Of a DNA stretch of 64,000 bases, positions 1 through 13,397 are shown one piece after another. The notes below the pieces were generated by a model. That model was given only the letters and a program-made list of their open reading frames with translations, was not told the DNA's origin and searched no databases. The DNA is from Eledone cirrhosa (taxonomy: Eukaryota): positions 350,796,001 through 350,860,000 of the forward strand of contig OZ024741.1 in NCBI GenBank assembly GCA_964016885.1, given 5' to 3'. A program made the position numbers and the translations under genes. The first letter of the stretch is position 1. Each line of letters opens with the position of its first letter.

Positions 1-3000
1 TGTCTCTTTTCTACTACAGTGACTGAGGTATGTCTCTTTTCTACTATAGTGACTGAGGTATGTCTCTTTTCTACTATAGTGACTGAGGTATGTCTCTTCT
101 ACTATAGTGACTGAGGTATGTCTCTTCTTCTATAGTGACTGAGGTATGTCTCTCTTCTACTATAGTGACTGAGGTATGTCTCTGTTCTACTATAGTGACT
201 GAGGTATGTCTCTATACTCAATTATAGTGACTGAGGTATGTCTCTCTTCTTCTATAGTGACTGAGGTATGTCTCTCTTCTACTATAGTGAGTGAGGTATG
301 TCTCTCTACTCTACTATAGTGACTGAGGTATGTCTCTTCTTCTATAGTGACTGAGGTATGTCTCTCTTCTACAATAGTGACTGAGGTATGTCTCTCTACT
401 CTACTATAGTGACTGAGGTATGTCTCTTCTTCTATAGTGACTGAGGTATGTCTCTCTACTCTACTGTAGTGACTGAGGTATGTCTCTCTTTTCTTCTATA
501 GTGACTGAGGTATGTCTCTCTTTTCTTCTATAGTGACTGAGGTATGTCTCTCTTTTCTTCTATAGTGACTGAGGTATGTCTCTTCTACCATAGAGTCTGG
601 GGTATGTCTCTCTACTCTACTATAGTGACTGAGGTATGTCTCTCTTTTCTTCTATAGTGACTGACGTATGTCTCTCTTCTTCTATAGTGACTGAGGTATG
701 TCTCTCTTCTTCTATAGTGACTGAGGTATGTCTCTTTTCTACTATAGTGACTGAAGTATGTCTTTTCTACTATAGTGACTGAGGTATGTCTCTCTTCTTC
801 TATAGTGACTGAGGTAGGTCTCTTTTCTACTATTGTGACTGAGGTATGTCTCTTTTCTACTATAGTGACTGAGGTATGTCTCTCTTCTACTATAGTGACT
901 GAGGTATGTCTCTTCTACTATAGTGACTGAGGTATGTCTCTCTTCTACTATAGTGACTGAGGTATGTCTCTTTTCTACTATGGTGACTGAGGTATGTCTC
1001 ATTTCTACTATAGTGACTGAGGTATGTCTCTTTTCAACAATAGTGACTGAGGTATGTCTCTTTTCTACTATTGTGACTGAGGGATGTCTCTTTTCTACTA
1101 TAGTGACTGAGGTATGTCTCTTTTCTACTATTGTGACTGAGGTATGTCTCTTTTCTACTATTGTGACTGAGGTATGTCTCTTTTCTACTATTGTGACTGA
1201 GGTATGTCTCTTTTCTACTATAGTACCTGAGGTATGTCTCTCTTCTACTATAGTGAGTGAGGTATGTCTCTCTACTCTACTATAGTGACTGAGGTATTTC
1301 TCTCTTCTTCTATAGTGACTGAGGTATGTCTCTCTTCTACTATAGTGACTGAGGTATGTCTCTTTTCAACTATAGTGACTGAGGTATGTCTCTTCTTCTA
1401 TAGTGACTGAGGTATGTCTCTCTTCTACTATAGTGAGTGAGGTATGTCTCTCTCCTCTACTATAGTGACTGAGGTATGTCTCTTTTCTACTATTGTGACT
1501 GAGGTATGTCTCTTTTCTACTATAGTGACTGAGGTATGTCTCTCTTCTACTATAGTGACTGAGGTATGTCTCTTCTACTATAGTGACTGAGGTATGTCTC
1601 TCTACTCTACTATAGTGACTGAGGTATGTCTCTCTCTCTTTTACTATAGTGACTGAGGTATGTCTCTCTTCTTCTATAGTGACTGAGGTATGTCTCTCTT
1701 CTACTATAGTGACTGAGGTATGTCTCTCTTCTATATGACTGAGGTATGTCTTTCTTCTACTATAGTGACTGAGGTATGTCTCTTTTCTACTATAGTGACT
1801 GAGGTATGTCTCTCTTCTATATGTCTGAGGTATGTCTCTTTTCTACTATAGTGACTGAGGTATGTCTCTTTTCTACTATAGTGACTGAGGTGTGTCTCTT
1901 TTCTACTCTAGTGACTGAGGTATGTCTCTCTTCTACTATAGTGACTGACGTATGTCTCTCTACTCTACTATAGTGACTGAGGTGTGTCTCTTTTCTACTA
2001 TAGTGACTGAGGTATGTCTCTCTTCTATATGACTGAGGTATGTCTCTTTTCTAATATAGTGACTGAGGTATGTCTCTTTTCTACTATAGTGACTGAGGTA
2101 TGTCTCTCTTCTACTATAGTGACTGAGGTATGTCTCTTTTCTACTATAGTGACTGAGGTATGTCTCTTTTCTACAATAGTGACTGAGGTATGCTCTCTTT
2201 TACTATAGTGACTGAGGTATGTCTCTTTTCTACTATAGTGACTGAGGTATGTCTCTTTTCTACAATAGTGACTGAGGTATGTCTCTCTTCTACTATAGTG
2301 ACTGAGGTATGTCTCTCTTCTACTATAGTGAGTGAGGTATGTCTCTCTTCTACTATAGTGAGTGAGGTATGTCTCTCTTCTACTATAGTGAGTGAGGTAT
2401 GTCTCTTTTCTACTATAGTGACTGAGGTATGTCTCATTTCTACTATAGTGACTGAGGTATGTCTCTTTTCTACTATAGTGACTGAGGTATGTCTCTCTTC
2501 TACTATAGTGACTGAGGTATGTCTCATTTCTACTATAGTGACAGAGGTATGTCTCTCTTCTACTATAGTGAGTGAGGTATGTCTCTTTTCTACTATTGTG
2601 ACTGGGGTATGTCTCATTTCTACTATAGTGACTGAGGTATGTCTCATTTCTACTATAGTGACTGAGGTATGTCTCATTTCTACTATAGTGACTGAGGTTG
2701 TCTCATTTCTACTATAGTGACTGAGGTATGTCTCTTTTCTACTATAGTGACTGAGGTACGTCTCTTTTCTACTATAGAGACTGAGGTATGTCTCTCTTCT
2801 ACGATAGAGACTGAGGTATGTCTCTTCTACTATAGTGACTGAGGTATGTCTCTTCTACTATAGTGACTGAGGTGTGTCTCTCTTCTTCTATAGTGACTGA
2901 GGTATGTCTCTCTTCTACTATAGTGAGTGAGGTATGTCTCTCTACTCTACTATAGTGACTGAGGTATGTCTCTCTTCTACTATAGTGACTGAGATATGTC

Positions 3001-6000
3001 TCTCTTCTATATGACTGAGGTATGTCTCTCTTCTACTATAGTGACTGAGGTATGTCACTTTTCTCCTATAGTGACTGAGGTATGTCTCTCTTCTTCTATA
3101 GTGACTGAGGTATGTCTCTCTTCTACTATAGTAACTGAGGTATGTCTCTTCTACTATAGAGTCTGGGGTATGTGTCTTTTCTACTATAGTGACTGAGGTA
3201 GGTCTCTTTTCTACTATTGTGACTGAGGTATGTCTCTTTTCTACTATAGTGACTGAGGTATGTCTCTCTTCTACTATAGTGACTGAGGTATGTCTCTTCT
3301 ACTATAGTGACTGAGGTATGTCTCTCTTCTACTATAGTGACTGAGGTATGTCTCTCTCTACTCTACTATAGTGACTGAGGTATGTCTCTCTTTTCTTCTA
3401 TAGTGACTGAGGTATGTCTCTCTTCTTCTATCGTGACTGAGGTATGTCTCTTCTACTATAGTGACTGAGGTATGTCTCTCTTCTACTATAGTGACTGAGG
3501 TATGTCTCTCTTCTACTATAGTGACTGAGGTATGTCTCTTCTACTATAGTGACTGAGGTAAGTCTCTCTTCTTCTATAGTGACTGAGGTATGTCTCTTCT
3601 ACTATAGTGACTGAGGTATGTCTCTTTTCTACTATAGAGACTGGGTATGTCTCTCTTCTACTATAGTGACTGAGGTATGTCTCTCTTCTACTATAGTGAC
3701 TGAGGTATGTCTCTCTTCTACTATAGTGACTGAGGTATGTCTATTCTACTATAGTGACTGAGGTATGTCTCTCTTCTACTATAGTGACTGAGGTATGTCT
3801 CTTTTCTACTGTAGTGACTGATGTATGTCTCTTTTCTTCTATAGTGACTGAGGTATGTCCCTTTTCTACTATAGTGACTGAGGTATGTCTCTTTTCTTCT
3901 ATAGTGACTGAGGTATGTCTCTTTTCTACTATAGTGACTGAGGTATGTCTTTTCTTCTATAGTGACTGAGGTATGTCTCTTTTCTACTATAGTGACTGAT
4001 GTATGTCTCTTTTCTTCTATAGTGACTGAGGTATGTCTCTTTTCTACTATAGTGACTGAGGTATGTCTTTTCTTCTATAGTGACTGAGGTATGTCTCTTT
4101 TCTACTATAGTGACTGAGGTATGTCTCTTTTCTACTATAGTGACTGAGGTATGTCTCTTTTCTACTATAGTGACTGAGGTATGTCTCTTTTCTACTATAG
4201 TGACTGAGGTATGTCTCTCTACTCTACTATAGTGACTGAGGTATGTCTCTTTTCTACTATAGTGACTGGGGTATGTCTCTTTTCTACTATAGTGACTGAG
4301 GTATGTCTTTTCTTCTACTATAGTGACTGAGGTATGTCTCTTTTCTACTATAGTGACTGAGGTATGTCCCTCTTCTACTATAGTGACTGAGGTATGTCTC
4401 TTTTACTATAGTGACTGAGGTAGTATGTCTCTCTTCTACTATAGTGACTGAGGTATTTCTCTTTTCTACAATAGTGACTGAGGTATGTCTCTTTTCTACT
4501 ATAGTGACTGAGGTATGTCTCTTTTCTACTACAGTGACTGAGGTATGTCTCTTTTCTACTATAGTGACTGAGGTATGTCTCTTTTCTACTATAGTGACTG
4601 AGGTATGTCTCTTCTACTATAGTGACTGAGGTATGTCTCTTCTTCTATAGTGACTGAGGTATGTCTCTCTTCTACTATAGTGACTGAGGTATGTCTCTGT
4701 TCTACTATAGTGACTGAGGTATGTCTCTATACTCAATTATAGTGACTGAGGTATGTCTCTCTTCTTCTATAGTGACTGAGGTATGTCTCTCTTCTACTAT
4801 AGTGAGTGAGGTATGTCTCTCTACTCTACTATAGTGACTGAGGTATGTCTCTTCTTCTATAGTGACTGAGGTATGTCTCTCTTCTACAATAGTGACTGAG
4901 GTATGTCTCTCTACTCTACTATAGTGACTGAGGTATGTCTCTTCTTCTATAGTGACTGAGGTATGTCTCTCTACTCTACTGTAGTGACTGAGGTATGTCT
5001 CTCTTTTCTTCTATAGTGACTGAGGTATGTCTCTCTTTTCTTCTATAGTGACTGAGGTATGTCTCTCTTTTCTTCTATAGTGACTGAGGTATGTCTCTTC
5101 TACTATAGAGTCTGGGGTATGTCTCTCTACTCTACTATAGTGACTGAGGTATGTCTCTTCTTCTATAGTGACTGAGGTATGTCTCTCTTCTACAATAGTG
5201 ACTGAGGTATGTCTCTCTACTCTACTATAGTGACTGAGGTATGTCTCTTCTTCTATAGTGACTGAGGTATGTCTCTCTACTCTACTGTAGTGACTGAGGT
5301 ATGTCTTTCTTTTCTTCTATAGTGACTGAGGTATGTCTCTCTTTTCTTCTATAGTGACTGAGGTATGTCTCTCTTTTCTTCTATAGTGACTGAGGTATGT
5401 CTCTTCTACTATAGAGTCTGGGTTATGTCTCTCTACTCTACTATAGTGACTGAGGTATGTCTCTCTTTTCTTCTATAGTGACTGACGTATGTCTCTCTTC
5501 TTCTATAGTGACTGAGGTATGTCTCTCTTCTTCTATAGTGACTGAGGTATGTCTCTCTTCTACTATAGTGACTGAGGTATGTCTTTTCTACTATAGTGAC
5601 TGAGGTATGTCTCTTCTACTATAGTGACTGAGGTATGTCTCTCTCTCTTCTACTATAGTGACTGAGGTATGTCTCTCTTCTACTATAGTGACTGAGGTAT
5701 GTCTTTTCTACTATAGTGACTGAGGTATGTCTCTTTTCTACTATAGTGACTGAGGTATGTCTCTTTTCTACTATAGTGACTGAGGTATGTCCCTCTACTC
5801 TACTATAGTGACTGTGGTATGTCTCTCTTCTACTATAGTGACTGAGGTATGTCTCTCTTCTACTATAGTGACTGAGGTATATCTCTCTTCTTCTATAGTG
5901 ACTGAGGTATGTCTCTTCTACTATAGTGACTGAGGTATGTCTCTCTTCTACTATAGTGACTGAGGTATGTCTCTCTCTACTCTACTATAGTGACTGAGGT

Positions 6001-9000
6001 ATGTCTCTCTTTTCTTCTATAGTGACTGAGGTATGTCTTTCTTGTACTATAGTGACTGAGGTATGTCTCTCTTCTACTATAGTGACTGAGGTATGTCTCT
6101 TCTACTATAGAGTCTGGGGTATGTGTCTCTATTCTACTATAGAGTCTGGGGTATGTCTCTCTACTCTACTATAGTGACTGAGGTATGTCTCTCTCTACTC
6201 TACTATAGTGACTGAGGTATGTCTCTCTTTTCTTCTATAGTGACTGAGGTATGTCTCTCTTCTTCTACCGTGACTGAGGTATGTCTCTTCTACTATAGTG
6301 ACTGAGGTATGTCTCTCTTCTACTATAGTGACTGAGGTATGTCTCTTTTCTACTATTGTGACTGAGGTATGTCTCTCTTCTACTATAGTGACTGAGTTAT
6401 GTCTCTCTTCTTCTATAGTGACTGAGGTAGGTCTCTTTTCTACTATAGTGACTGAGGTATGTCCCTCTTCTACTATAGTGACTGAGGTATGTCTCTTTTC
6501 TACTATAGAGACTGGGTATGTCTCTCTTCTACTATAGTGACTGAGGTATGTCTCTCTTCTACTATAGTGACTGAGGTATGTCTCTCTTCTACTATAGTGA
6601 CTGAGGTATGTCTATTCTACTATAGTGACTGAGGTATGTCTCTCTTCTAATATAGTGACTGAGGTATGTCTCTTTTCTACTGTAGTGACTGATGTATGTC
6701 TCTTTTCTTCTATAGTGACTGAGGTATGTCCCTTTTCTACTATAGTGACTGAGGTATGTCTCTTTTCTACTATAGTGACTGAGGTATGTCTCTTCTACTA
6801 TAGTGACTGAGGTATGTCTCTTCTTCTATAGTGACTGAGGTATGTCTCTTTTCTACTATAGTGACTGAGGTATGTCTTTTCTTCTATAGTGACTGAGGTA
6901 TGTCTCTTTTCTACTATAGTGACTGATGTATGTCTCTTTTCTTCTATAGTGACTGAGGTATGTCTCTTTTCTACTATAGTGACTGAGGTATGTCTTTTCT
7001 TCTATAGTGACTGAGGTATGTCTCTTTTCTACTATAGTGACTGAGGTATGTCTCTTTTCTACTATAGTGACTGAGGTATGTCTCTTTTCTACTATAGTGA
7101 CTGAGGTATGTCTCTTTTCTACTATAGTGACTGAGGTATGTCTCTCTACTCTACTATAGTGACTGAGGTATGTCTCTTTTCTACTATAGTGACTGGGGTA
7201 TGTCTCTTTTCTACTATAGTGACTGAGGTATGTCTCTTTTCTACTATAGTGACTGAGGTATGTCTCTTTTCTACTACAGTGACTGAGGTATGTCTCTTTT
7301 CTACTATAGTGACTGAGGTATGTCTCTTTTCTACTATAGTGACTGAGGTATGTCTCTTCTACTATAGTGACTGAGGTATGTCTCTTCTTCTATAGTGACT
7401 GAGGTATGTCTCTCTTCTACTATAGTGACTGAGGTATGTCTCTCTTCTACTATAGTGACTGAGGTATGTCTCTATACTCAATTATAGTGACTGAGGTATG
7501 TCTCTCTTCTTCTATAGTGACTGAGGTATGTCTCTCTACTCTACTATAGTGACTGAGGTATGTCTCTTCTTCTATAGTGACTGAGGTATGTCTCTCTTCT
7601 ACAATAGTGACTGAGGTATGTCTCTCTACTCTACTATAGTGACTGAGGTATGTCTCTTCTTCTATAGTGACTGAGGTATGTCTCTCTACTCTACTGTAGT
7701 GACTGAGGTATGTCTCTCTTTTCTTCTATAGTGACTGAGGTATGTCTCTCTTTTCTTCTATAGTGACTGAGGTATGTCTCTCTTTTCTTCTATAGTGACT
7801 GAGGTATGTCTCTTCTACTATAGAGTCTGGGGTATGTCTCTGTACTCTACTATAGTGACTGAGGTATGTCTCTCTTTTCTTCTATAGTGACTGACGTATG
7901 TCTCTCTTCTTCTATAGTGACTGAGGTATGTCTCTCTTCTTCTATAGTGACTGAGGTATGTCTCTTTTCTACTATAGTGACTGAGGTATGTCTTTTCTAC
8001 TATAGTGACTGAGGTATGTCTCTCTTCTTCTATAGTGACTGAGGTATGTCTCTCTTCTACTATAGTGACTGAGGTATGTCTCTTCTACTATAGAGTCTGG
8101 GGTATGTGTCTCTATTCTACTATAGAGTCTGGGTTATGTCTCTCTACTCTACTATAGTGACTGAGGTATGTCTCTCTTTTCTTCTATAGTGACTGACGTA
8201 TGTCTCTCTTCTTCTATAGTGACTGAGGTATGTCTCTCTTCTTCTATAGTGACTGAGGTATGTCTCTCTTCTACTATAGTGACTGAGGTATGTCTTTTCT
8301 ACTATAGTGACTGAGGTATGTCTCTTCTACTATAGTGACTGAGGTATGTCTCTCTCTCTTCTACTATAGTGACTGAGGTATGTCTCTCTTCTACTATAGT
8401 GACTGAGGTATGTCTTTTCTACTATAGTGACTGAGGTATGTCTCTTTTCTACTATAGTGACTGAGGTATGTCTCTTTTCTACTATAGTGACTGAGGTATG
8501 TCCCTCTACTCTACTATAGTGACTGTGGTATGTCTCTCTTCTACTATAGTGACTGAGGTATGTCTCTCTTCTACTATAGTGACTGAGGTATATCTCTCTT
8601 CTTCTATAGTGACTGAGGTATGTCTCTTCTACTATAGTGACTGAGGTATGTCTCTCTTCTACTATAGTGACTGAGGTATGTCCCTCTACTCTACTATAGT
8701 GACTGTGGTATGTCTCTCTTCTACTATAGTGACTGAGGTATGTCTCTCTTCTACTATAGTGACTGAGTTATATCTCTCTTCTTCTATAGTGACTGAGGTA
8801 TGTCTCTTCTACTATAGTGACTGAGGTATGTCTCTCTTCTACTATAGTGACTGAGGTATGTCTCTCTCTACTCTACTATAGTGACTGAGGTATGTCTCTC
8901 TCTACTCTACTATAGTGACTGAGGTATGCCTCTCTTTTCTTCTATAGTGACTGAGGTATGTCTCTCTTCTACTATAGTGACTGAGGTATGTCTCTTCTAC

Positions 9001-9620
9001 TATAGAGTCTGGGGTATGTATCTCTATTCTACTATAGAGTCTGGGGTATGTCTCTCTACTCTACTATAGTGACTGAGGTATGTCTCTCTTTTCTTCTATA
9101 GTGACTGAGGTATGTCTCTCTTCTACTATAGTGACTGAGGTATGTCTCTTCTACTATAGAGTCTGAGGTATGTGTCTCTATTCTACTATAGAGTCTGGGG
9201 TATGTCTCTCTACTCTACTATAGTGACTGAGGTATGTCTCTCTTTTCTTCTATAGTGACTGAGGTATGTCTCTCTTGTACTATAGTGACTGAGGTATGTC
9301 TCTTTGGTACTATAGTGACTGAGGTATGTCTCTCTTCTACTATAGTGACTGAGGTATGTATTTTCTACTATAGAGTCTGGGGTATGTGTCTCTATTCTAC
9401 TATAGCGTCTGGGATATGTGTCTCTATTCTACTATAGAGTCTGGGGTATGTCTCTCAATTCTACTATAGAGTCTGAGGTATGTCTCTCTCTCTTTTACTA
9501 TAGTGACTGAGGTATGTCTCTTTTCTACTATAGTGACTGAGGTATGTATCTTTCTCTTCTACTATAAAACCTTGGGTATGTCTCTCTCTTGCACTACAAA
9601 ATCTGGGGTATGTCTGTCTG
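1..9620. repeat. 30-bp tandem satellite, consensus GTGACTGAGGTATGTCTCTTTTCTACTATA, ~320 copies, continues off the window start
   Basis: Directly visible. Monomers vary 26-34 bp mainly by TC slippage, and the array degenerates into a TAGAGTCTGGGGTATG variant at 9000-9620. The TEVCLFSTIV / RHTSVTIVEK ORFs are read-throughs of the repeat. Confidence 0.99.
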
Positions 9621-10019
9621 TCTCTCTTCTATATTTATTTATATAGTTGTACATATATTTATATATATACAACCCAGGCTGTCAAAACGGCTGGAGCTCA
9701 GCCGTTGGGGTCCTGAATCTTTCATTATTACCCACTCTACTACCCCAAGTTTCAAGTTCGGATCTAGCTGTCGAAATGGCCGGAGCTCAACTGTCAGGGT
9801 CCTGAATGTGTATGTGTATGTAGATTGTACACACAAGTGTAGTGAATGTTAGACGTTGTTTTCTGTAGTTTGTCATCACCCCTTCCTTCCTCAATCATTT
9901 CTAGTGTGTGACGTCATCAGCCTTTCGTTCCTCAGTCATCTCTAGTGTGTGACAGATGGAAGTCGCTTAAATTTATATATTGATATATATATATATATAC
10001 TCAGACACACACATACGGC

Positions 10020-10170
10020 TGGCCTCTGCAGTTTCTATACAGTAAATTTCCTTCACAAGTCATTGATTAATCTGAGGCTATAGTAGAAAACACTTACCCA
10101 ATGTGCGGCACAGTGGAACTGAACTCAAACCCATGTAGTTACAAAGTGAACTCCTTATCCCCACAGTCAT
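10020..10170 (-). mobile_element. tRNA-derived SINE fragment (family with GGCTATAGTAGAARACACTTRCCCAA core)
   Basis: A related copy lies at ~54020-54170. GAACTGAACTC reverse-complements to a B-box-like motif. Confidence 0.6.
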
Positions 10171-10224
10171 GATTGAAAAAAGAAATACAAATAAAAAGAA
10201 AGAAATGACATCAGTGCAACCTAC

Positions 10225-10347
10225 CCTGTACATTCTGGTTCTTGAGGAAATAGTTCAAAAAACTTTTCCAATGTATCTGCAGTGGAAATGTTTCCATTCG
10301 AAGGGTTGATGTTGTCCAAAACCTCTTGCATAGCTTTTCGAAGAGAA
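10225..10347 (-). CDS. CCDC14: CCDC14-like gene, coding exon 10 (SLRKAMQEVLDNINPSNGNISTADTLEKFFELFPQEPECTG)
   Basis: Acceptor cctttcag; phase 2 matches the previous exon (CA+T=His). The end is either the donor AGG|gtaggt or read-through into GGG TAG (stop at 10221-10223). Confidence 0.7.
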
Positions 10348-10400
10348 CTGAAAGGAATGAAAAATTTATTCAAGATAATTCATGCAAACTAATAAATTAT

Positions 10401-10624
10401 TTAACCCTTTACCATTTACACTATATTTACTATTGTAATTTAGCAGTAAAGGCTTTATTTCATATAATTATCTCACATAATATCGAATCTATGAGATTTC
10501 GATATTATTTATTTTGAGAACAATACCTTAACATAAGTATGAGTGGCCAGTTATGGCTGGTTTGAACAGAAAAAGGTGAGAGAATTCTGGCTGGATATGG
10601 TCAGTTTAAATGCTAAAGTGTTAA
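10401..10624 (+). mobile_element. piggyBac-type MITE family 1 (~220 bp, TIR CCCTTTAGCATTTA, TTAA TSD)
   Basis: TTAA-CCCTTTA...TAAAGTG-TTAA. Homologous copies start at 22108, 30464, 48769, 50623 and 59441. Confidence 0.85.
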
Positions 10625-10990
10625 CCCGTTTGGTACCAAACCATCAGAAACTGCCTGGGTCTATGATACAAAACTGTTTGCTTTAAACATTCCATGACCA
10701 TATTTTTAAAGAAATACACTATTTCAATGAATTAAATAAAGAATTTTGAGTGATTTCCAAAATTATTAATTATTTCATTATTAAGATAGTAACTTAACAT
10801 GTAATATTTATACAAAATTATGTTGTAAGATTTTAATTTAAATGGGAACCCATTAAAATGGGTGGTTTAGTTCTATAAACCAGACCTGGTTTTGACTGGG
10901 TTCATATAAAAAAAAAACCTTCCATCATAATTTTATGTAAGACCGTTTGTTAAGTTATGTTCTGAACACTAGCTTAATAATAAGGTTAAT
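10621..10990. mobile_element. piggyBac-type MITE family 2 fragments (TTAACCCTTTTGWTACCAAAC ends), sharing the TTAA with the family-1 copy
   Basis: Similar ends at ~13041, ~13915, ~33501, ~54982 and 58326. Confidence 0.55.
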
Positions 10991-11000
10991 TATAATAGAG

Positions 11001-11185
11001 TTTCTACTTTTGGCACAAGGCCAGCGAATACCCCAGTGCATCACTGGTACTTTATTTTATCGACCTCCTAAGGATGAAAGGCAAAGTTAACCCCGGCGGA
11101 TTTGAACTCAGAACGCAAAGGGCCATAACTCTATGCTGCATAGCATGGTGTCTGATGCCCTACCGATACTGCCAAACCACCGCAA
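11001..11185 (-). mobile_element. tRNA-derived SINE with GCCTTTCATCCT..GTCGATAAAATAAAGTACCAG core (resembles the Deu/Nin domain)
   Basis: B-box GAGTTCAAATCC on the minus strand. Near-identical copies at 40896-41073 and 61687-61876. Confidence 0.8.
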
Positions 11186-11221
11186 CTAAGTTTCAGAAAG
11201 CCAGTACAATGTGGTACAATA

Positions 11222-12381
11222 TCAGGTTGTAATGAAAGTCAATATTTTAAGTCTCAATATAACAATAATAAATACAATATCAGATTTATTTAATCGTTAA
11301 TGTAGTCACCATTCTTCTGTATAACCTCTCTTCATCTATCAGCAAGCTTTTTAATGTCATGTTCATAAAATTCTTTAGGTTTTGAACTAAAAAAGGAAAC
11401 TAATTTTTGACTTCTCTTAAGTCTCAAACTTCTAAAAAGATGGTAATCTTTTGGTGGGAAGTTTGGGGAATATAGTGAGTGAAGCATAATTTCCCAGGTA
11501 TATTTTTTATCTTTGATCTTTTGTGCAGTGTGAGGGTGGACATTTTTGTTGAAAAGCTACTTTCAAACGTCTTAGCTGTTGACAATAGACTTCGGCTGTT
11601 ATTGTTTGATTATTGCCTACAAGTTCATGATGAATTATTCCCCAGATATCCCACCACACACCCAGAAGAATCTTCTTTGGATGTAGACCACTTCAGGGTT
11701 ACTGAGCTGGTTCTTCACCATGAATAAGCCACTCATGTCTTCACTTAACATTATGGTAAAGTATCCCTTTCTCATTTCCAGTAAAAAAGACATTTGCAGC
11801 TCACGAGAATTACTACACAGCAGTTAACACATTGTTTGTGATTGTCTACAGAGAGATCATGCTGAACCCATTTTCCAACCATTGACACTTTACCAAAATT
11901 TCTCTATTCACAATGAATGGTGGTATGTCTCACATTGAAGTTCATGCTTAGTTTCTGAACTGTAACAGTCAGGTTTGCATCAACAGCAGCTTCCAATACA
12001 TCAGAATCCAGCCCTCTTGGGTGCCCTTCTTTTGATTCATCCTGCAGGCTGTAGACCCTTTTTCTGAATAGTGAAAACCATCTCCTGCTTGTTCTTTCAG
12101 TCACTGCACTATCCCCATAAGTGTTTTGAAGTGATATTCCTGCTGTACTTGCACTATTACATTTTTGAAATTCATAAAGAATAACATGACAAATGTGTTC
12201 TTTACTTGGAGTGAACATGGCACCAATACTACAGCTTCAATATAGATAAATTTGACAAAATCTGAAAGAAAATGTAACAGTGGTTTTGGCATATTCCACA
12301 TATTATTGATAAGTTAAACACCTTTAAATCTAACTCGAGATTTACTTTAAAAAAACAGACAGAATTTTCGTTACAACCTGA
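11222..12381 (-). mobile_element. Decayed mariner (Tc1/mariner) DNA transposon with transposase pseudogene
   Basis: TIRs TCAGGTTGTAAYGAAA at both ends, flanked by TA. ORF 11904-12218 encodes the mariner HTH (KEHICHVILYEF...TSRRWF). A WVPHEL-like WVQHDL lies at ~11860. Stops and frameshifts follow. Confidence 0.9.
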
Positions 12382-13203
12382 TATAAAAGACAAAGGATGA
12401 CAAATAAAATAAAACAAAGTAATGTGTTTACCCAGTATAATTTTACATAATATTTCAGGGTTAATACCCTCTTTTCAAATGTAAAAATGAAAACGCTTCA
12501 AAACAAAATGAACAATACGTGGAACAGTCATAGCCTGCATTATAGATATTAAATTAATAATGAAAGAATCACTAAGTAGATGTACACGACTGTACATTCA
12601 TTGGTAAAGGAAAATGAGATGACATTTTGGAGTTTTTGTATTTAAAAATAATAGTATTTGATTTGTTTGCATAGTGTAATGAGGCCATTTGCTTGTAAAC
12701 AAATCGAATATTATCATTATTCGATATAAAACTCACAAATACATTTATGTATCTGCTATGTTAGAGTGAAAAAGCAAATTCTAAAAATGAGATTATTTAG
12801 AGATTAACCATCTTGTTTCTAATGAAAAACACTTAACTTTGATAGGTTTCAGCCAGTATTGTGCCCATGGTTTTCAATTAATTTTGAAAATAATCAAGAA
12901 TTTGGAGGGATTTAGTATGACAACTAACTTTCTCATTATCAAATCATGTTGGAACATAATTTAAGAAAGTTTCTTTAAAATAAAGTTTTGTAAGGTAATA
13001 CTAGGGGTGGGGGTCAGCCTGTTTGGTAGCAAAAGGGTTAAGTATTTTCAAAGATGCCATACTATCCACTGATCAATGCACCCCAACCAACATCTACTAA
13101 TATTCTAAACATATTTTCAAACAGTACACACATATAATCATTTCCCATCTACTCCAAAAAACATAACAATCATTCTTTATCATTGCATATCTGGACAACT
13201 TAC

Positions 13204-13397
13204 TGAAGAACATCAAATAAGTTGGATATCTCTTTGTCTCTCTGTTCAACTGTAATCTGTAAAATGTGATTTTTTTTCTCAGAAAGTTCCAAAACATGAG
13301 CATTCCTTGCCAGTTGGTCTTCAGCTTCTTTGACACTATCTGACAACCTCTGATTCTCTTCCCAGTTCTTTAGTCTCAGGTTTAGTTGACTGTTATC
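13204..13397 (-). CDS. CCDC14: CCDC14-like gene, coding exon 9 (DNSQLNLRLKNWEENQRL...EQRDKEISNLFDVL), coiled coil
   Basis: Acceptor ttctcaacag, donor gtaagt, 194 nt, phase 0->2. Confidence 0.85.

Noticed and set aside
1-9620. CRISPR array or repeat-protein gene (TEVCLFSTIV / RHTSVTIVEK ORFs)
   Set aside because: There are no unique spacers or cas genes and the context is eukaryotic. Frequent 2-nt indels break both frames.
1-9620. (AC)TCACTATAG on the minus strand resembles the 3' half of the T7 promoter
   Set aside because: The match is only 9-11 bp and lacks TAATACG. It is a by-product of the ACTATAGT palindrome, not vector contamination.
11090-11185. tRNA gene (B-box present)
   Set aside because: It is the head of a multi-copy SINE, and I could not fold a convincing cloverleaf.
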